NCBI GenBank assembly: GCA_043805735.1
Contig: JAZDHS010000022.1
Span: 38,950-102,949 of the forward strand
Direction of reading: 5' to 3'
DNA length: 64,000 nucleotides
Source of the DNA: Candidatus Omnitrophota bacterium
GTDB taxonomy: Bacteria > Omnitrophota > Gorgyraeia > JAFGHF01
Position numbers and translations under genes: made by a program. How positions within the stretch are numbered: position 1 is the stretch's first letter; the number at the start of each line of letters is the position of its first letter. Below the pieces are notes generated by a model that had not been told where the DNA came from, made no database searches, and was given only the letters and a program-made list of their open reading frames with translations. This document shows positions 59,236-64,000 of the stretch, one piece after another.

Positions 59236-60231
59236 TTAGGGTAACTTTCTTAATACAGTATGGGAAAGCACGATTTCGATGATCAATAAGGCTACTGCCG
59301 CCGCTAAAAAGCGGAAAAACAATTCTTCGAAGTCGGAAAAACCCTCTGCCTCTACCGAAGTTCTTTCCAGGGAATCGATCTGCTGGTAAATATCACGGAG
59401 TGATTCCGTATCCGTAGCCCGGTAATATTTGCCTTGGGTGGTTTGGGCAATCTGCTGCAGGGCATCCTCGTCAATCTCAATTTCAATATTTTGATAGAGC
59501 TTTCGGCCCAAGAGATCGACAGCGGGATAAGGTACCGCCCCCTTGGTCCCTACGCCGATAGTATAAATTTTAATCCCCAAGGCCTGCGCCGCTTCGGCGG
59601 CAGTCAGCGGCGAAATCCGGCCGACGTTATTGATTCCGTCAGTGAGTAAAATAATAATTTTCGACTTGGCGAGGCTATTTTTTAGCCGATTAACCGAGGA
59701 GCTGATTGCTGAACCAATGGCTGTCCCGTCTTCGATATTACCGATTTCTACCCGTTCCAAATTTTTAATCAACCAGTCATAATCCAATGTTAACGGGCAA
59801 ACCGTATAGGCCCGCGCGGCAAAGGCGATCATCCCGATGCGGTCGCTCTTACGCTGGCGAATAAACTCTTCGACTACCTCTTTGACTACAGCCAGGCGGT
59901 TACGGCGCAGATTGCCGATTTTAAAATCTTCAGCCAGCATGCTGCCCGAAGAATCCAGCGCCAAAACGATATCTACCCCTTCCGATTCCACTTTCGCTTC
60001 TTCAATCGGCAGTTGCGGCCGGGCCAAGGCCAGTAGAACCAGGCAAATCACGAAAAAACGGACCAGGATGAGATTGCGCGCCAATATTAACTTAAGCGTC
60101 GGCCGGGCGCCTATAATCAGCTCTTCGGAGGAAAAACGTAAGGAAGCCGAATCTTCTCTGCGGCGTAAAAAATAAAAGCCTACGCCAATAAAAAGAATGA
60201 GTAATAGAACCCAGGGGTCATAAAAAATCAT
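59236..60231 (-). CDS. batA: Aerotolerance protein BatA (TM plus von Willebrand factor A domain)
   Basis: 331 aa, VWA MIDAS motif DSSGSM. Confidence 0.7.
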   Translation of the reverse strand: MIFYDPWVLLLILFIGVGFYFLRRREDSASLRFSSEELIIGARPTLKLILARNLILVRFFVICLVLLALARPQLPIEEAKVESEGVDIVLALDSSGSMLAEDFKIGNLRRNRLAVVKEVVEEFIRQRKSDRIGMIAFAARAYTVCPLTLDYDWLIKNLERVEIGNIEDGTAIGSAISSSVNRLKNSLAKSKIIILLTDGINNVGRISPLTAAEAAQALGIKIYTIGVGTKGAVPYPAVDLLGRKLYQNIEIEIDEDALQQIAQTTQGKYYRATDTESLRDIYQQIDSLERTSVEAEGFSDFEELFFRFLAAAVALLIIEIVLSHTVLRKLP

Positions 60232-60767
60232 TTTTTCAGGGAATATTCTTTCTCTTCGCGCAACTGTTTCGTTTCATCAACAAAACGCTTGGCGGCTAAA
60301 AAGCTTTGTTCGACCTCTAAAAGTGTCGGGCCGTACTTGGCGAATTTAACCACGTCGCAGAGCGTCAAAAATTCCTTTAATAAATCTTTGTGCGCCTGGG
60401 AAAGGAAAGCGGAAAACCGTAAAGAAAAAAGAAACTCTTCCGTAGTCATCTCCGGCGCCCGTATTTCCAATTTATCTTCAATATAGCGGCGCACGATATC
60501 GGAAAGCTCGTAATAGTATTCCTTGATTTTTCCTTTCGCTGGCAGGTTCTTGGCCGCAAGCGCCGCTAACGCATCATAGGCAATCTGCTCCGGCGTTTTT
60601 GGCGGCTCAAGCGTATTCGACCGCGCGCTCAGGCGCTTCTTTATCAAACGCCCCAGCAGATAAAGCAATCCACTCACCAGGAGTATAGCCAGGGTAATAA
60701 TCAGCGGACGGTAATTGCTCAGAAAATAAAGCACCGGCTTGATATCGCGGATATCCTCGGCATTCAT
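60228..60767 (-). CDS. Membrane protein of the Bat operon (DUF4381-like)
   Basis: 179 aa, one TM; position between the DUF58 gene and batA. Confidence 0.45.
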   Translation of the reverse strand: MNAEDIRDIKPVLYFLSNYRPLIITLAILLVSGLLYLLGRLIKKRLSARSNTLEPPKTPEQIAYDALAALAAKNLPAKGKIKEYYYELSDIVRRYIEDKLEIRAPEMTTEEFLFSLRFSAFLSQAHKDLLKEFLTLCDVVKFAKYGPTLLEVEQSFLAAKRFVDETKQLREEKEYSLKK

Positions 60768-61646
60768 TTAAGCGAATTTCCTTTCCCGCATCCGGAAAAA
60801 TTTAATCAGTTCTTTGACATAAGCGGTATCAGTACGGATATCGATATTATCGACATGCGCGGAAATAAATATTTTTTTGCGCTCATTACGCCTGTTTAAC
60901 GCCCCTTCCCGGTACTGCCGGCGAAAGGCGCGGTTACTGGTATCGACAAAAAAACTCGCCTGGGTCTCGGGATCCTGGAGCCTTACAATGCCGATGTCGG
61001 GAAGTTCCACTTCGCGGGGATCAGTGATGGTCACGCCGATAACATCATGCCTTCTATTAGCAATGGTCAGGCTTTTTTGAAAGCCCGAAGCGTAAAAATC
61101 AGAGATAACAAAGGCGATAGTCTTACGTTTAGTAACCCGGCTTAAATATTCTAAAGCCATCGGGATATCCGTTCCCACGCCACGCGGTGAATAATACAAG
61201 GCCTCCCTGATTACCCGCAATACATGGCGAACACCTTTACGCGGCGGCACAAATTTTTCGATCCGGTCGGTAAAAATAATCAGGCCAACCTTGTCGTTAT
61301 TCTGGATTGCCGAAAAGGCCAGCACCGAACAAAGCTCGGCGGCCAGTTGGCTCTTGAGCTGTTTAACGCTGCCAAAATGGCAGGACATCGAGGCATCCAA
61401 CAAAAGCATTACGGTAAGCTCCCTTTCCTCGACGAATTTTTTGACAAAGGGATGGCCCATGCGCGCGGTCACGTTCCAATCGATGGAACGGATTTCATCA
61501 CCGGGTGAATATTCGCGCACCTCGTAGAACTCCATACCCTGGCCTTTAAACACGCTCTGGTATTTTCCCGCGAAGACGTCGTTAACGATACGCGAGGTCG
61601 TGATCTGGATTTTACGAATCTTCTTTAAAATCTCTTTGGGAATCAT
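60768..61646 (-). CDS. DUF58-domain protein (MoxR partner)
   Basis: 292 aa, FKGQGMEFYEVREYSPGDEIRSIDW motif. Confidence 0.75.
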   Translation of the reverse strand: MIPKEILKKIRKIQITTSRIVNDVFAGKYQSVFKGQGMEFYEVREYSPGDEIRSIDWNVTARMGHPFVKKFVEERELTVMLLLDASMSCHFGSVKQLKSQLAAELCSVLAFSAIQNNDKVGLIIFTDRIEKFVPPRKGVRHVLRVIREALYYSPRGVGTDIPMALEYLSRVTKRKTIAFVISDFYASGFQKSLTIANRRHDVIGVTITDPREVELPDIGIVRLQDPETQASFFVDTSNRAFRRQYREGALNRRNERKKIFISAHVDNIDIRTDTAYVKELIKFFRMRERKFA

Positions 61647-62638
61647 TACGGGACTTCAATCTCCTCAAAGATTTTTTTAATGATATCCTCGGAGTTTTTC
61701 TCCTCGGCCTCGGCCTCGTAGCTGACAATGACACGATGGCGCAGCACATCCAAACCGATACTTTTGACATCCTGGGGCGTGACATAACCCCGGCCTTGCA
61801 CAAAGGCATAGGCCTTGGCCGCCAGGGTGAGATAAATACTGGCGCGAGGCGAGGCGCCGTATTTAATTAAGCCCGCCAATTCTTCGAGCTTATAGAGTTT
61901 CGGCTCGCGCGTGGCAAAGACGATATCGATAATATACTTTTTAATTTTATCGTCCATATATACCTCGTCAACCACTTTGCGCGCGCGCAGGATGTCCTCC
62001 GGGCCGACTACGTAGCTCGCCTGGATTTTCTTGTCCGTAAAACTCATCCGCTCTAAGATTGCCAACTCCTCCTCTTTATTCGGATAGGTAACATTGAGCT
62101 TGAGCATAAAACGGTCGATCTGGGCCTCGGGCAGCGGATAGGTCCCTTCCTGTTCAATCGGATTTTGTGTTGCCAACACCAAAAAAGGATCATCGAGTTT
62201 AAAGGTATTTTCCCCGATCGTAACCTGGCGTTCCTGCATTGCCTCTAAAAGCGCGCTCTGGACCTTAGCCGGCGCGCGGTTGATTTCATCGGCTAAGATA
62301 ATATTGGCGAAAATCGGCCCTTTCTTGGTGGTAAAGGCCCCGTCTTTGGGGTTATAGACCAAGGTACCAATCAGGTCGGCGGGTAAAAGGTCGGGCGTAA
62401 ACTGCAGGCGTTGAAACTTGGTTTTAATCGCCTGGGAAAGTACGCGCACGGATAGGGTCTTGGCCAATCCCGGTACGCCCTCAATCAAAATATGGCCGTT
62501 GGCCAAAAGCCCGACTAATAAACGCTCGATTAAATAATGCTGCCCGACAATAACCTTGGAAATCTCCATTTTCAAGGCCTCGATAAAGGCGCTTTCTTTT
62601 TTCACTCTTTCGTTAATTACCCCAATGCCCTCATTCAT
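61646..62638 (-). CDS. moxR: MoxR-family AAA+ ATPase
   Basis: 330 aa, GVPGLAKT Walker A. Confidence 0.85.
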   Translation of the reverse strand: MNEGIGVINERVKKESAFIEALKMEISKVIVGQHYLIERLLVGLLANGHILIEGVPGLAKTLSVRVLSQAIKTKFQRLQFTPDLLPADLIGTLVYNPKDGAFTTKKGPIFANIILADEINRAPAKVQSALLEAMQERQVTIGENTFKLDDPFLVLATQNPIEQEGTYPLPEAQIDRFMLKLNVTYPNKEEELAILERMSFTDKKIQASYVVGPEDILRARKVVDEVYMDDKIKKYIIDIVFATREPKLYKLEELAGLIKYGASPRASIYLTLAAKAYAFVQGRGYVTPQDVKSIGLDVLRHRVIVSYEAEAEEKNSEDIIKKIFEEIEVP

Positions 62639-62647
62639 CGTTTCCTC

Positions 62648-63325
62648 CTATTCGGGAATGCGTTCTCCGCGCAAAATTGTGGCCAGCGGCTGGGAATCGA
62701 TCCTGATTCCTCCGTCATGCTCAATTTTGAGCGTATAAAGCGTTCCCGGAACGAACATTGTGCCCGGCGCCTCGATTTGCGCATTCTTAATACCAACGTG
62801 TTTGGCTTGTTTATAATCAAGCGCGTAGTTCCAAAATTTCTCCCATAATTTTTTCTCAAAAGGATGATCCAGGCCCGGGACTTTATAGCCCTGGGGGATT
62901 TCGTTGATTTTGGCGATGTCAAATTCGTGGGTGTTGGCGCCGTCAAGCATAAACACCTTCCAAAAAAGATAGGCGCTTTTGCCTTTGAGTGAATCACCCA
63001 GGCGCACATATAAATCATCAAAGCGGATGACCAGTGTCTGGAACTGAATGATATTGCCGGGGAAAGTAAAGTATTGAGGTGTTAGCGGCTGCTGCTGGGT
63101 ATCGAATTCCAGGAATTTGATCGTCGTAAACGCCTGGGCCGTTACCTCCTGGACACGGACATTAGTTACCAGCACCTCGGCGACGCGCGTATCGGCCTGC
63201 AGGCGCGCAATTACTTCTTTCAAAACGCGCTTTTCATTAATAAATTTTAAGATGTTTTGGTAAAGAAATACGCCGGCTAATACAATCAGTATTACCGTAA
63301 TCGCCGATCGCGCCCTATTTGCCAT
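62648..63325 (-). CDS. Hypothetical membrane-anchored protein (possibly DUF4230-like)
   Basis: 225 aa, N-terminal TM. Confidence 0.3.
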   Translation of the reverse strand: MANRARSAITVILIVLAGVFLYQNILKFINEKRVLKEVIARLQADTRVAEVLVTNVRVQEVTAQAFTTIKFLEFDTQQQPLTPQYFTFPGNIIQFQTLVIRFDDLYVRLGDSLKGKSAYLFWKVFMLDGANTHEFDIAKINEIPQGYKVPGLDHPFEKKLWEKFWNYALDYKQAKHVGIKNAQIEAPGTMFVPGTLYTLKIEHDGGIRIDSQPLATILRGERIPE

Positions 63326-63339
63326 TATGCACCTCTTTT

Positions 63340-63903
63340 TTAGCTGTTTAAATCATCGATATAAGTAAATTGATATCGTGTCTTGGATAGCTTATCAAAA
63401 AAAGTTTCTTCTTGAATATGCGCCGGCGAGGTATCGATCAGCTTGGAAAGGCCTTCCCAAAAACCAAACCATCCTAAAGGCATCAGGATAATTTCGGCGA
63501 TTTGAATTGTCAGCGGGCTTAAAAATTTGTAATAGGTGGCTAGCGCAAGAAAGCTTAAAGAGGCCACCCCCACGCCGACAAACATCGCGCCACGTACACG
63601 CGCGCGCACCAGGGCCTTTTTTTTCTGCAGCAGCAAATGGCGAAAGTGCCTTTTTAAATGTTCGGCGACCATGCGTTCAGACTCCTCGTCCTTAAGTGAA
63701 ATCGGCGCGTAAATCATCACCACGAAATCACCGGAACGCGTCTCCAGATAGCGTTTTTTGAGCTCCTCCACAAAGTCTCCGGAAATGGTCCGTTCTATTA
63801 ATGGCCGGGGGTCAAAATCGGAAAAGATATCATCCCAGGTATCGATCACTATGGCAATTTCTTTTAAGTCTCTTATTCTTTGCGTCCTTGTGTCTTTTTT
63901 CAT
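63340..63903 (-). CDS. Hypothetical protein with a C-terminal two-TM region
   Basis: 187 aa ORF; strong -10 TATAAT upstream at ~63940. Confidence 0.35.
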   Translation of the reverse strand: MKKDTRTQRIRDLKEIAIVIDTWDDIFSDFDPRPLIERTISGDFVEELKKRYLETRSGDFVVMIYAPISLKDEESERMVAEHLKRHFRHLLLQKKKALVRARVRGAMFVGVGVASLSFLALATYYKFLSPLTIQIAEIILMPLGWFGFWEGLSKLIDTSPAHIQEETFFDKLSKTRYQFTYIDDLNS

Positions 63904-64000
63904 GTCTCCATCCCTTCAATGACAATATAGAGCGTTATTATACAACAAAAAGAACCTCCTCTCAAGCGGAATAAACTTTGTGAATCCTAGTATTTAGTGT

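Overview
This 64 kb window reads as a gene-dense bacterial chromosomal segment. Every confidently called gene (about 61 CDS and 4 tRNAs) lies on the minus strand. Base-level coordinates for non-ORF features are approximate (about +/-3 nt); ORF coordinates come from the supplied track.

The region divides into syntenic blocks:
- 1-11.6 kb: an LPS inner-core/Kdo cluster (kdsB, a heptose-7-P kinase, three GT9 heptosyltransferases, a GT4, a GT4-GT9 fusion, an LpxK-ELM1-like fusion, waaA).
- 11.6-15.5 kb: xerC, topA, dprA.
- 15.4-26 kb: aroK/aroC/aroE, leuA and the ilvCNBD operon, with a PilZ plus prepilin-peptidase pair embedded among the aro genes.
- 26-46.5 kb: housekeeping genes in Bacillus-like order (alr, tsaB/tsaE, thiL, mtnA, metG, ricT/yaaT, holB, tmk, cysS, ispF, yacL, ahcY, metK), then a sugar-nucleotide/PGI-PMI pair and a ptsI-ptsH-yvcK-ptsN block.
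- 46.5-47.1 kb: a tRNA cluster (Lys, Leu, Gly, Arg).
- 47.2-54.8 kb: M48 peptidase, TrpB2, manC, cspA, a GH57 enzyme, arfB and an FNT channel.
- 54.8-62.6 kb: a complete aerotolerance operon (moxR, DUF58, DUF4381-like, batA-E).

The most interesting signal is a family of four 91-131 bp intergenic repeats with 12-13 bp terminal inverted repeats (CCCCGCCCTTCC / GGAAGGGCGGGG) flanked by TGAA direct repeats. Each copy sits exactly at a stop-codon/start-codon junction of co-oriented genes. Each supplies, or directly abuts, the upstream gene's TGA stop codon. Each creates a GTG start for the downstream gene. Each carries a conserved, frame-intact ~21-codon uORF whose TGA overlaps that GTG (GTGA). 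Together these features look like a previously uncharacterised MITE-like element that targets translationally coupled junctions and restores the coupling.

Secondary observations include short palindromic repeats (GTCTACCCTTTAGGGTTAGAC-like) that encode protein C-termini, a heptanucleotide tandem repeat at a glycosyltransferase junction, a poly-Gln repeat in BatC, several consensus sigma70 promoters, and a terminator-like hairpin inside the csp 5' leader.
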